DNA of 63,573 nt, filler included, from Hausera hauseri (Eukaryota): assembly GCA_046269625.1 (NCBI GenBank). It is 11 parts of 11 records of this genome, joined end to end, with 100 filler letters (N's around TTAATTAATTAA, not from the genome) between each part and the next. Parts side by side here need not be neighbours in the genome. Positions count along the whole stretch, not along the records: positions 10,908 to 15,406 come from JBJURY010552450.1; positions 15,507 to 19,647 come from JBJURY010737766.1; positions 19,748 to 26,411 come from JBJURY010077326.1; 8 more parts are not named here. One strand, written 5' to 3'. The position numbers and the translations under genes were made by a program. Below are positions 10,908 through 24,900 of this stretch, in pieces; position 1 is the first letter of the stretch; each line of letters starts with the position of its first letter. The notes below the pieces were generated by a model. It was not told where the DNA came from and did not search any database. It saw only the letters and a program-made list of their open reading frames with translations.

Positions 10908-13790
10908 TGACATTACCGCTCTAATTGTGTCGAGGCTTGCGTCCGTATCGAGGATAAATTCTCTGTTGAAATCAGGGAAACCTAGTAGTGGTGGTGTACC
11001 TAAGGCTCTTTTCATTGACTCGAAAGTCTCATTACATTGCTCGGTCCAAATTAGTTTCTTGTTATTCAATCCGCATAGTTGTTCCAATGTTTTTGCCTTT
11101 GCTGCATAACCTTGGATAAATCTTCAGTAGTATTTGTAGATCCCTAAGAAGCTTCTCAAATTCTTGATACATTTTGGTTTCTGAAATGATTTAATTGCTT
11201 CCAGTTTTGATGGATGTCTGTATCCCCTTGTCATTCACTGTGCCCTAAAAATTTTTCTTCTTTCTTTAAGATGTGACATTTCTCTGCGTTTATTCTGAGA
11301 CCTGCTTGCGTGATCCGTTGCAATGCCTTTTCTAGTATCCTATAATACTTTTCTAAAGTCTTAGAGAAGATTAGTATATCATCTAAGTATACCACTGTTT
11401 GTTCAATATCCCCTTGTACTTTATTCATTAGTTCTTGGAAGGTTCCCGGGGCTGCTGCTATACCCAATGTCATCCTGTTGAAACAGATTTGGTTGAAAAC
11501 GCCGTCTTCAATTTGGAGTCTTCTAACTCGACTTGGTAATATGCATTTCCTAGGTCGATTGACGTGAAAAACGTGGTCCAGTATAACCTGTCCTATATCT
11601 CCACTACGTTAGGCACGGGGAAGGCATGTCGTTCCGTTATAAGATTCAGCTGTCTGAAGTCCAGGCATATTCTGACGTCGTTCTTGTCTTTCTTCCATTC
11701 TCATAACATTGGTGTATTCCATGGTGAGTAACATGGCTTGATAATGTCGTTCTCCCATAGGTTTCGGATGGTCTCGTCGATCTTTTTCTCTAGGTTTACT
11801 GGTTGCCTCTGAGGGTTGATATTAATCGGCGCTCCTGTCGTGTCTATTCGGTGTTTGACGAGAGATGCGCACCCTATGTCCCACTTGTCGGCCATGAATA
11901 CTTCTGGGTATTTCTGTATAATGTTGAGTAGCTCTTTATTGTCACTCACCTGAAGAACTTCCTTCACCCTGTTGACTCGTTCTTGGTTAGTCACCTTACG
12001 GAAGAATGTGGCTTCCAGGTTGCATATCTTGCTGCAATGCTTCCGTTTCCGTGCGTTTCCATCTCTGATCTATCCCGAATGCATTTTGCAGGTCCACACC
12101 ACCTATTATTTCTGGGCATAATTACGAAACCACCGGGAATGTTACACGTCTGCTTGGTCCCTTGACTTCTACATATATTGTCAGTGTGCCCAGGCAATCT
12201 AAGGAACTATTGTTCACACATCGTAGTGTGGTATCTGATTCCTCTGTGTTTGCAAGTTTATCCACGGTCATCTTGCATATGACGTTTACCCTGGCCGCCG
12301 TGTCCAATAAGCAATCTCCCCATATGTCTTGTATCTTTAATTTGATTCCTGGTCGTCCATTAAAGTTCCTGTACGATATGTGTTCGACATACAATTCTTC
12401 TAGCGTAAAAATCTGTGTATCCTTCCAACTTTCCTCCATTCCGTTGAAGGATACTTTATGGAAATTTTCCGCTTTTATAAATTTCCGTACTTTTTCATGT
12501 CCTTTTATCCATCACCATATCTCCGCGTTCCCTTCTTCTTGATCCGTCTATACTGTTTGATATACAACTATTATACATAACGATATTTTGGGAGACTGAA
12601 TCTACTGCAGTGCCCCGATTTGTTCCATTTCTATCGAGGCTCTGCCTTTTGAGACAACTGACTCCTGTTCCGATTCTCTTTCTTCTTCCTCTACGTTTGC
12701 GACTTCCCCCGTCTTCTGTTCAGATTATCACCATACCTTCTTTTCACTTTGTATGTATCCCATCCTGGTTCTATTTTCCCCTCCAGCTTGGTGTAGCACT
12801 TCTTTTCGGTATGTCCCTTATGGTGACATCTCGCACAGCTAAGATTTATACAATTTAATTTGATGTGCCCTAGCTGACCACATCCGTAGAATCTTATTGG
12901 TTTTCTTTCGGGACACAGCCTGTTTATATGTCCTTCTCTTCAGCATCCAAAGCATTTAATCGGTCCCCATGTGGTGCAAGATCTGCTTGTATGTCCTTCC
13001 TTCTGGCATGTCCGACACTTTAATGTATTATATGGTGGTTTAGTAAGGGTCGTGTTGATTCTAGAAACGGGTTTCCTGATATTTTGTGCTGCCACTTCCT
13101 GGTAGCTTCTTCTACTGATCCCTGGATACTCCTTGACCGTGTTGACTTCTACCTTAATCTTTACCTCGTGTTTCTTCCGTATTTTCTCCTTTATTGTTTC
13201 CGCGTCTCGTTTGTCACTGAGGCATATTTCTCTTCTCATCTCTATGTTGTTACAACATTGGAACAATAGTTCCTCTTTCAGAGCTTCGCGTGAAAGATTG
13301 TGTTTCATGACTTTATCCAGAAGTTTCTCGATGGTCTCGAAGTAAGCCTATGGTTCCGCCCCATTCATTCTGTACTCGAGCGCTTCTTTTAAATCTTTGC
13401 ATAGCGTTGAAGGTCGTGCGAAAGCCTTCCGTAGTCGGTTTTGATATCCCTTTATGTTTGAATCTACTGCCTCGTATCTTTCCAGTGCATCTTCTTCCAT
13501 GAGGCATTCAACCATAATTTCCCGTTTCGCCGCCGGTGTGTTCATATATTTGAAGAATTTTTCACAGCCTTTAATGAAATTCTCCACGTCGTCACCTTTC
13601 CTGAATTTGTTGGGCAACAATTGGTTCGCGAAAATGTCCATTGTGGCGTAAGTCGCCATGTTGGCCGCGAGCACATCCACGCCGTCCACATTGTCGCCCA
13701 GCTTGGTCATGGTTGGAAAATCCCCGCCCCTGCTATGTCCTCAGAAGCAGAATTGGATCGTTTGTAGCTACTCATTGAAAAGTTAACACC
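10908..13790 (-). mobile_element. Ty3/Gypsy element, decayed: gag (CCHC knuckles), protease, RT and start of RNase H
   Basis: Motifs CRTCQKEGHTSRSC, CLLDTAA, PCYSPWNTP, VYLDDILIFS and FILDTDAS. Frameshifts throughout. Confidence 0.9.
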
Positions 13791-14222
13791 AGTTGTTGAA
13801 AATTTTATTGTGTCTCAAAATATTCATTTGGAAGCAAATTTTCAGATAATTCCAAAATTAAATTATACTTTTAATGTTACATTTTTAATTGAAATTCATG
13901 GTCGAATTTTAATATTTAAAACCAGTTTTAATTTAATTTTAGAATTCCAGTTCTCGATTATATCTTCACAATCTCCTTGGTTAATTTGATGTCAAATGGA
14001 GCATATTACAGAAAAAATTGTATTCTTCTCAAGATTGAACTTTTTGATTCTTAACTTGTGTTGTCTCGTAATCTTTTTCCAGAGTTCATCATTTTTTGAA
14101 ATATTTTCTTATATTGTTTGAATTAATATTTTATGGACTTTTAGTCTAGTTTACTTGAATAATTATTTGTTACTCTTATTGATGAACATTATTAATTAAA
14201 AATGATTATTACGATAATAATA

Positions 14223-14426
14223 CTCCCTCTGTCACATAATAATAGTAGCAGATAAAGTGAAATTAGAAAATCGTCATAATTCATATTGATTATAGGTCAA
14301 TTACAAATTGGCAGATGTTTGAAAACATGATTTTGATTGAAGGCTACCATTTTGCGTTAAAACTGCATTTGCCAATAATTCCCTCTAAATTATTCATTTG
14401 CTACTATTATTATGGGACAGATGGAG
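14223..14426. mobile_element. Stowaway-like MITE (~204 bp)
   Basis: TIRs CTCCCTCTGTCACATAATAATAGTAGCA and TGCTACTATTATTATGGGACAGATGGAG, with TA on the left flank. Confidence 0.75.
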
Positions 14427-16218
14427 AATTTCTTAATATCTGATGGAATGCAGATACATGTTTAAAAAATAATTATGCTTTTTCCTCAGTAAGTCCACCC
14501 CCCCCGAAAAGTGTCAGTATGCCATGGTAAATATTATTGATAGGATATTTAGTCCAACCGATTCTCTTATTTATGTAAAAGATCTTATTGAAATTTTTAG
14601 AATTTAAACAAGATGAAATTCATCCATATTAAAATTTCAGTGAAAATAGATACCGTCTTTATTTCGGATTTTCAGAAAATGTTATTCTAACCCTTAAAGA
14701 ACTATACGAAACTACTACATCATGAAAATCTGAACACTTTCTGTAGAAAAATGTCAAAGAAAATTGTGGCGATTTTTCAACATTCACATAATTTTAAGAT
14801 AGAACCCGAGAAATGTTAAATTATTTTCACATTTTTTAAATTGTATATTATTGAAATCCTCGGAATTGTTAACTTATAAATTTCTCAGAACAAAACTGTG
14901 ATGGAAACCCCCAAAATTTTGTCTTTACTTTAAATTAAACAAAAGTATCATTTAGTATTATGAAAATAGTATTTGCACTAACCTGAATCAACCTTCTTAA
15001 AAATATCTCATTGGCTATTTTCCCAACTCATTTTTCTACCCCTACAGCATGCAAATGCATCTATATTGTGTAGATGAGTAATTGACAAATTATTGCTCAA
15101 ACTTATTTTTGATAGGAAATATCTATAGGTTTAACTAAGTTGTACTACTCATTTACTTTGATTTTCTATAACAAACCAACTCACAATAATTAATGCAGGT
15201 GTATAATTTCTATTACATACTCATCACTTTTGATAAACGTGACCGGGTATTGTTTTGATTATTAGGCCTATAATAAATGGCCTTTTCATCTGGAATCACC
15301 ATTCCCGTGCAGAATTTCTCGCCTTATTTAACGAATTACCGGTCTATATAAATACCAATCCAATAAATTGTATAATTGATTTTTACTTATAGAAAATATT
15401 CAATTANNNNNNNNNNNNNNNNNNNNNNNNNNNNNNNNNNNNNNNNNNNNTTAATTAATTAANNNNNNNNNNNNNNNNNNNNNNNNNNNNNNNNNNNNNN
15501 NNNNNNCAATAGAAAATTGAATGTGCTCAGATCAGGATCCAGCTCAGATTATAGCTCCGTGTCTGTGAGGCTGACTGAATTACTTCTGCTCTTTTCATAT
15601 CATATAAGTAACATTTGGTTCTTTTTATTTATGGAAGTAAAAGTAACCGTTTTATTTCAAACCTGTCGCCCCAACTCGTGCTGCTCATCGAAGCAGCTCA
15701 TCTCTTTGTTTCATTTATGTCCTTTAAAACAGTTGATATCACTCCTTTTCATTTATTTTGATGTGTAAATACAATTATTAACTTGATTTTAAAGCAGTCG
15801 TCCATTCCAACCCATCTGTTATCAAAGCGTCAAGTTGAGCTCATTGGTTTTGAATTGATTTTATTCTATTTGAATTGACTGTTATTTATTGCTGTGTAAA
15901 TACAATTATTTACTTATTTCAGAGCAGTCGTTCCAACTGATGTGAGTTATGGAGGCAGCTCATCTCTTTGTTTATGGTCTTCCAATTGATTCGTCAATCG
16001 TTTCATTTGCTTTGACATGTAAACGCAAGCGTTTCATCGTTAATACTCAGCTCGTTCAATAAATGTTTGCTGCTCATTTCAAAGCTCCTCTTTCTTCTCT
16101 CTTTGTGATGCTATTTCTGCAGAAGTACTACCAAACTTTGTTCTCTAAAACTGACAGACAGACAGACAGATATATATTTATTTATATATATATATATATA
16201 CATACATGTGTTTGTAGG

Positions 16219-16498
16219 CCAGAGGGGACTCAGCAGGCACTCAGGTGAGCACAGCACGCAGCCTCACCCTCCCACCACGCAGCAGGAGATCCAGACATCG
16301 AGTCGGGACGAGGAGGACGAGGACGGGACAGCAGCAGAACTACAGGCCGCAGCACGAGCGTCCACCCACCTGCATGTGACAGGATCCTCAGGTCCAGAAA
16401 ACAGACCCCCCTCACCCTCACGGCAGCTTCAGGAGGAACGCAGACCACCGCGAGGGATGCAGGCCTGGGTCCATCTGCAACCTCAGCACCACAGATGA
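16219..16498 (+). other. Possible terminal exon of an unidentified vertebrate-like gene
   Basis: A GC-rich coding-like block after a TTTGTAG acceptor and (TA)n/(GACA)n microsatellites. No family recognised. Confidence 0.3.
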
Positions 16499-17211
16499 AC
16501 TCTACTCCAACGTCTAGATCGGAGCAGCACAAGCAGCGGAGGCCTTCGTGAAGACACAGCTGAGCCCCGCGGAGTGGCAAAAACTGAACGGTGATCTACA
16601 ATTAAAAACAAACGTGTCAAACGCTATAAATAGTAGATCATTAAACTGCACAGTTCCATCACAGTACAATATGTACTGAAAATAATGTCAAATATTTCTT
16701 AAAACGACACAGAACGATAACTCTGTATAACCAAGAAGGGTAAAAAAATAAAACAGGAATTCTATTAAACATCAAATAAAGTCAAAATGAACTCATGTAC
16801 AGTTCTCTTTAGAAATTAAAGTGTAATCTATAATTTGTCCAGAAGATGGCGCAACGGGAACATCTATGTTCCTAAACAAATGGATTTAAGCAGGACGACA
16901 GAAAGGGAGTTTAACTGCTCTTCACAAAACACAGACAATTATAATGATCACAAAATCTAATCTGAAACATTAATTAAATATATGTTTAACAAAAGCAAAC
17001 CTTAATTTGGGATTTTGAAGCCTGAGACCTACCTGCTGATGCCTGAGGCACGGATTCCTTCATTTGCACCTGTCCAGGGCAGCAGGCCTAAAATTAACCT
17101 TAGCCTGGACCCGGTCTGACCACGCAGCACTTAGTTTTTGTATTCACTTGTTTGTGAATACAAACAGGCATTACGGGTTGTTTCATATCCCCCATACCAC
17201 CTGAAGCCCAC

Positions 17212-18060
17212 CTCCAGCCAGACCTGGGGTAAGGCTTTCCTTTCCTAAAAGCTTACATGGCTCAGGTGTGTTCTAGGGCCCCCAAGTTGTGTACACTTCA
17301 AATCTGGTGTCCCTACCACTTTCCATGCCAATGTTATGAACTTAAGTTGATTTGTCCCAAAAAACACTCATTTCTGAACATATTTTGTCGTTTTGACCAC
17401 CTGAACGTGCACGTACGTGCACTTTTTTCTCACAGTATCTTTGGCTTATGTCCAGGTGTGAGTGTATGGAATTTGGTGTCTGTATCTCAAACCTGAACAC
17501 ATTTAGAAGCGTTTGAAACTGTGCCTTTTATCTTTTTTTTTTTGCCCTGCAGGTTCCCGCACCCCTAAATCCCCAACACGGGGGTCCAGAGGGGCGGGAC
17601 TACCATGTACGCGTCCTTCCTGACCCCCACAACAACATATTCAAAAATCAGAACTGTAGCTTAAATGTTAAAATCACACCCTCAGATTGAGGACTGCGTG
17701 TGGTCTGGGTGGCGTAGGCACCCTAGACTGTCTTCAGCCAGACCTGGGGTAAGCCTTCTGTTTTCTAAAGGGTTAACGGCTCATTTGACCACACAGCTGT
17801 GTTCTAGGCCCCCCCAAATGTGTGCACCTGAAATATGGTGTTCCAAATACTTTCCAGGCTGAAGTTATGAACTTATGAATATTTTCCTCAAAAAAACGTC
17901 TTTTCTGAACATATTTTGTCATTTTGACCCCCTGAACGTGCACGTACACGCACGCACTTCTCACAGTATCTTTGACATGTGCCCATGTGTGTGTGTGTCA
18001 AGTTTGGTGTGTGTAGCACATTTGTGGACAAAGATATAAGCGTTTGAAGATTTTCCTTTT
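17212..18060. repeat. Diverged direct duplication (~520 bp period) inside a probable teleost interspersed repeat
   Basis: CAGCCAGACCTGGGGTAAG..TTCTAGG..TTTCTGAACATATTTTGTC..CTGAACGTGCACGTAC..TCTCACAGTATCTTTG occurs at ~17214 and ~17735. Confidence 0.7.
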
Positions 18061-19503
18061 TTTCACTGGCTAAATTGCCTCCTGACTTTGGGGGTTCTGT
18101 TCACTACCTAAACGAGCCGCTAGAGGCGCCAAACTTCCAGCGTTGGGGCGGCCCCACCCCAGCTTGATGCCCGTTCAGTTTGGTGAGGACCCGTTGTTCC
18201 TGTGACGAGTTACAAGGCTTTAAGCACCTTAATTGGCATGACGGGAGGCCTGACGACCTGCGGGAATTTGAAGGTTCTTTTAGGTGTCTTAACGTGGAGC
18301 TAGAGACACCAGGTTTACAGAGTGCTATCAGCACAGGTCCAGCTTTGTACCCTGAAAACTTGGTTCACCTAGCTCGCTCCTGTCAGGAGTTACGGCTTGT
18401 TTTACACTCGCAATGTTATTGTAATGGAGGTCAAACAAGATGGCTGCCACCTGGCGACCTCCTGTCAGCTGGAGGACGATTTTGTCAATAAAGAAGCGTC
18501 TAGCAAACCCAGATTAACACAGTACGATCTGCACAAGTCCCTCTTTCACATGAAACCGGCCTGGTGTCTGTGCGTGCAGGAAAAGTGTCAAAATGTGGGC
18601 TCAACAACTCCTATTTCATGCTTGTGAGACAGGTGAAGCAGAAGGGGGCAACTTGTGGTCCAACAGACTAAGCTGATCATGTTGTGATCCTCTCAGCTAG
18701 TGAAAGGTTCCTTGTTAGCTACAAACATGTTGTTTTATTTCACACATGTATACACACACACACATATATATATATAATATAACTTCTGTTCTTTTTATCT
18801 TTTATTTTTATAAATATTTGGTTCCTTTTATTTATTTAAATATTACTCATGTTCTTTTAATTATTATTATTATTTGTTTTATAAATATTTGGTTAATTTT
18901 ATTTATGTGATGATCGGTGTCTTGTGTTTTGTCTCCCTCTGGTGTCCGTTCTCTGGGCTCATATTTCTCATCGTTTTTCTCAGTCAGCCCATGTCCTCAC
19001 ACCAATCTGGCCTTTTTCTTTTCGTAAATCCATATTTTATTCATCAAAATGTATATAATAAAACTATTTTCAGAATATAATTTAACACACCTTTATAATT
19101 AAGTATGGAAATATTTATTTTGAGTATTTTTTCCTAAATCGTGCACATTCCAGAAGTCCATCATTTAGTGCATGCACAAATGAGCTGTATTTCTTTTGTT
19201 TTTTTTATATTTTTTATCTAAACAATATCCCAGAACAGTGACAAAAATAAACATACACGTGTTAACGACCGTTTCACATTTACAAATCTTTTGAAATGAT
19301 TTGTTCTATGTAATTCTTCCTTGACGTCAAATTATGAAAAGTGTAAGACATTACTATGAATAATAAGTAAGTAGACCGACTGACAGAGAAATAAACATTT
19401 AGCACAAATAAAAACAACAACAAACATTTAAACTAAGGAAAAATAAATACAAACAAAACAATAATGCTAAAATAAAAAATGGACCTGTCTGCACTTAGTC
19501 ATC

Positions 19504-19647
19504 AGCGGTGTCGTATAAAGTACCTCAAAGGGATACTTGAGTAAAAGTCTTAAAGTATCAGTTGTTGTTTTTTTGTACTTAAGTATCAAAAGTAAATTTC
19601 TTACATAAATTGTACTTAAAAGTATTAAAAGTAAAAGTACTGAGTAA
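19504..19647 (+). mobile_element. End of a Tol2-like non-autonomous hAT element
   Basis: A CAG start followed by AAGTA/TACTT subterminal repeats (AAAGTAC, TACTTGAGTAAAAGT, AAAAGTAAAAGTACT) typical of fish hAT elements. Confidence 0.6.
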
Positions 19648-19751
19648 NNNNNNNNNNNNNNNNNNNNNNNNNNNNNNNNNNNNNNNNNNNNTTAATTAAT
19701 TAANNNNNNNNNNNNNNNNNNNNNNNNNNNNNNNNNNNNNNNNNNNNATTA

Positions 19752-21527
19752 ATGCCAAAAGCTGTAGGTATCGTGGCCTGCGACTGCGCAAAACCTAGCG
19801 AAGGACAGAGATACTATTTAGTTTATCTGGAGAAGTGCCCGAATGCCGACGCAAAACAGCTAACAACGACAAGTGGTCATAGATATCGTGTTTATCAAGA
19901 ATCCGAGTTTATAAAAGTGAAAGTTCGAGAATGTTACGTAAAGAAGTCATTCTTCCTCTTCAATTGTTCCTATTATTACGGAAATTCTGACATTATCGAG
20001 CCAAAAACGCCTTTCGAACCAATAATAATATCGCAAGCACAATGTCAGGACACTTTTAAGATCGGAATAATAACGATTCAAAATGCACAAATACCCGAAG
20101 TACGTAACAGAATAAAATATACCCGAATTTTTATGGAAGGAAGAATTGATAAAGCCATGGAAGGCACTTGTGTTGGAGTAAATTACGATGTTGGAGGTGC
20201 TATTGCCCTAAGAACAGTAGCAATCGAAGATTATCAAGTCCAATTGAAAGAATACTAAGCACTGTTTCACTCACAAACGAAGTTAATGACGACGATGAGT
20301 GAATGCGAATATGACAACGGCGACTGCGATACTGGGGAATCAAAAATAACATGGGAAGCATCTATAAACAGGTGTCATTTGACGTAGTTGAAAGAAGGAA
20401 GATTTAATAAGACAGGGGGTAAAACGGCTGAGAAAGAAACAGCAACGTACAAAGAAGGAACGAAAAAAGTTAAGATGACGGAAGTAGCTACAATCGTGTA
20501 TTCGGAGAATCCAGAGGAAATGATGTGATTTAAAATCACTGTAACGATAAGGAAATGTAACGAAGAAATATCCAGAACCAATTATAAAGGCATATTTCTT
20601 TCACCAAAAGAGATACCCGGAGCAAAGATGAAGATAGACAAATACGACATAAAGTTAACACAATACTTTGACAAGATTGATTTTTTGATTAATTACGTTA
20701 GAAAAGAGATAAGAAGTTTATACAGAGAAATAATAATGAATGAGTGTAAATTAAATTGTGAAATAATACGAAATAACGAATCCCGATATGGTTGCACCAG
20801 TGATTCCATTCAGCGATGGAGTAATTGGAAGAGTAATGGCCGAAGTACTAATCACCATCGAGTGTAAGAGAGTAGAAGTAACGATATGATCTACTATAGA
20901 ATGGACCACAGAATCGCTAGTGGTCTATCATGCGGAACCAAGATACGTAATGCCAGTAACAAGAATATTGATGGAACCCATCGCTAAACCGACCCAAGTT
21001 GACAACTGTACTTTTAACATGTCACCTATGTTTAAGTTGGATGACAAAACATGGACTAGAATGTTAAAAAGGGAAACAGACCCAAAACCAGAAATGTTAA
21101 GTTTGATTAACTTACAAAGGAACCAAAAGTTTGAACCCCTTACTGGGATATCACAAGGGAGAATCTATACGCAACAAAACTTAGAAGATTACCGAAAAAT
21201 GTTGTTATTTCCTCAGCTGAGACAACGGGTAATAACGGGACTAACCAGGAGAGTAATGTGGGTTGGAGAAGGATCACCGCAGTGTGAAAATTTAATGGGA
21301 AGAGATTATTTGAAAAAGGTAACAAGAAATGTTATGGAAAAGATGTGGAGAAAATTTCTATTTTCGGACAAGCAGCGTCCGGTTTCCTAGCGATATACTT
21401 TATTATTAGCACCTTGTGGATAGTATTTACTGCGCTTGGTACGACATATGCAATATATGCAACAGTAGGCTGTTCATGGAAGATTTTGATAGCAGTGATA
21501 CCTGCAGTAGCAGGTTGTTTTTTATGA
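19752..21527 (+). pseudogene. Chuvirus-type (class III, gB-like) envelope fusion glycoprotein, decayed
   Basis: Colinear motifs recalled from chuviral and retrotransposon-captured glycoproteins: IVAxDC..C..YQES..V.V.EC..F.C; G.I..G.C.G..Y; C.Y..G.C..G...W; KIDFL..Y..I..LY.EI...C.L..EI; AEVL...C..VEV; Y..PVTRIL..C...PMFKL...W; G.IYT...L..Y..L.FP..R. A C-terminal hydrophobic anchor follows (FGQAASGFLAIYFII). Stops and frameshifts are present. Confidence 0.8.
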
Positions 21528-21939
21528 AATCACGACGCACAATTGAAAAGGAAGGTACTCCAAAAATAGAAAGAGATTCGCCACATAGTATGCTAAACGA
21601 AAAGAACAATGATGACGGCAACCTAAATATGAAATTGAAAAAGGGCAAACATTTAGAATTAAGCAATTAGCACTGAAACCGCGAAAGCAGAAATATAGGC
21701 AAAGATTGGTAACTGACGTACCTCAACTAAACCCAACAGATGAATACAACGGACAGGTTCATAACGAACATGTGCTGGTCAACCAGTCAGCTCCTCGATG
21801 TGATATGCGCAGGACTGTACTCCACATATCAAATACAACGGATGAAACAATTTTGATGAAGATCGGACGCCGTATAAGCATTAACCTACGTATAAAACAC
21901 GATAAGAACGAACTGCAGACACCCATAAAACCGGAGGTA

Positions 21940-24900
21940 GAATGAATATCCGTTGACGGCTCTAATAGATACAAGATCTACAACGACAATAATGGGAAAA
22001 AGCCAATTACCGAAAGAATTAAAAAGGAAATTACAAAAACGTTAGTCAATATCGGAGCGTTTGATACAGAATAAATCAAGATGGTTTTGGAAGCCGAAAT
22101 TAAGATTTGTAAACAGACTTTAAAACACACTATAAGGATAGCGGAGAATTTGACCAATGAAATCTTGATTGGATACGATATATTGAATCAAAAGAAAATG
22201 TTTACATCGATGTGATAACAGGCCAGCTCAAGATATTTGATAAGGACCAGAATGAAGGAACGGTCTCATTAGTAAGAGACACCGTGATCCCACCACTCTC
22301 TAAGATAGTGGTGCATGGTAAAATAGAAAGTAAATTAATTGATGCTGTACACTTCGAACCATTCCCACAAATTATGGAGAAATATGAAGTTCCTGTTGCC
22401 GCTCACGTAGATAAAGTAGGAGACGGAAAAGTTCACTTAAGGATTTACAATGCAGGAAATAAAGAAAACGATTATGAAAAGACACTAGTCTATGAAAAGT
22501 GAGGGCTATTGAAAAGTGCTAAAGGAAGAAACTAACTCAGTGATTTCAGACGTAGATAAAAATTAGACGGAAAAATTAAAGGTGCAAAACAAAGACAAAG
22601 GAGAAAAGAAAGTTACCAGCATTAATTGGGAAGAAGATACAGAAATGCGAGGTTCTGACTAAAATCGACCTACAGAAGGGTTATTGGCAAGTAGAAGTAA
22701 AGGAACAAGATAAAACTAAAACAGCTTTGTCAATAGGCGCAGGACTATGGGAATTTAACAGTATGCCATTTGGACTAAAGAATGTGCCACCAACGTACCA
22801 AAGAGGAACGGAACTCTTAATTTTAGATGCCCCCACGCCATGGTATATATCGACGACGTAGTAATAGCATCGTCGAACTTCCGGCAGCATTTAAAGTATT
22901 TACAGGACCTCTTCAATAGATGCGAAATAATGGGCTTAAAAATAAACCCGAAGAAATGATCGTTCGCTCAGGCCGAAGTGGATTTCCTAGGACACCGAGT
23001 TGATAGACATGGCGTAAAGCCTCAAGATAAACTCCTAAGAAAGATAAGAGACTTTCCGAAACCTACTACGGTTAGAGAATTACGTCGATTCCTATGGCTG
23101 GCAAATTATTATTGAAGATTTATAAATGATTTCAGCAAGATTGCGAAACCTTTGTACGAACTACTGCGAGAGGACCTAGAAAAAATATTATGGACAAGCG
23201 AGTGCCCAAAGGTTTCGAACAGTTAAAAGACAGACTTCTCCAGTATTGATCTATCCACGTGACTAAACCATTCATATTTGCAACCGATGCAAGTGACTAC
23301 GGAGTCGGAGCGGTCCTGCCACAAAAGGACGAGGATGGAAAGGAACATCCAGTGGCCTACGCCTCGAGAAAGCTCAATAAACACCAAAGGAAATATGCGG
23401 TAATTGGAAGAGTTATTAGCAGTAAAATTCGCCTAGGAAGTATTTTCGCCCTATATTAGCGAAAATAAATCTCTGCTGATCTATACAGACCATCGACAGC
23501 TACAATGGTTAAAACAACACGAAAATCCAAATAGTAGATTATTATGATGGGCTTTCAAGTTACAACCTTACACGTTAAATTTTCAATACAAACCTGGAAC
23601 GCGAAACGCAAACGCGGACTACTTATCAAGAATGCCCTATAAATTAGAAACAGAAAAAGCAGTAGTAGCAGCATTATGGAGCATGGACGGATATGTGGAG
23701 AAAATCAAGGCAAATCAGAGTGAAGACATTGAGATAAGAGCCATTAAGAAGTATATATAGGATACAACGATACCAGCTAATAAAGAACAAGCTCATCATC
23801 TGGTCCGATTCAGTGAAGCCTAATAAAAAGAAGGATTCCTATATTTTATCCACCAAAACCGACCAGCCCTAGTAATTCCAAAGAAGAACAGAGCAGTTCT
23901 GCTAACCCAATACCATGACGCATTACTTGGTGGATACCAATCAATGAGGAAGACGCTGAATAAATTGAAACGAAAATATTTTTGGTCAACAGTGACGAAA
24001 AATGTTCAAGAATGGTGCGATAGCTGCAAATTATGTGCCACCCGAAAGAAAACTAGATCAAAATTTAAAGCACCTCCCAAAGTATGGGATAAGCCCCCAG
24101 CACCCTTCGAGTTTACCGTTATGGATATAACAGGGCCATTACTGCTAACAAGGAACGGAAATAGATATATCTTAGCTTTATCTATTCTTTCGCTCGTTGG
24201 GTTGTCGCCTTACCTATGGCCAGCATGAAGGCAGAAATACTTGCTGAGAAATTTGTAGAAAACATTGTGTTCAACTATGGAGCTTCTCGAATTCTCTTAA
24301 TTGATCAAGCATCTAATTTAACTGGAAACGTAATACAGGCCATATACGATATCACGAGAATAATAAAACTGTAATCCACACTGGGACACCCGGAGAACAA
24401 CGGAATAGTTGAAAGATACATTGGAGATTTGAAAGGAAAGCTACAAACAGTACTGAATACTAGGCAAGACAAATGGGATGAATACATCATTTCATGCGTC
24501 GGTCCTTGAGGCCATTAAATAGACACCCTTTTATCTTATGTATTTAAGAGACGCAAGATTGCCGATTGACTTATATTTCAATGTATAACCTACTTCACAT
24601 CTGATAGAAGTAGAAGAATACAAGCAACTAATGCAAGAACGCCTCCAACTAGCATACAAGATAATTGGAGATGACCAGAAAGATTACAAGTTGAAATATA
24701 AGAAGTATTACGACTAGAAGACTAAACAACCAAAAATTAAATAGGAGAAAAGATGATGTTATATTTGCCAATGAAAAAGAAGGGTAAAATATCTAAACTA
24801 GATAGACCATATAAAGGACCATACAAAGTGGAAAAAGTGGATTTGCCTAATATCAGCTTAAAGAAAAATAACGTCTCCCTCAAAGTTCGCATCAACAGGT

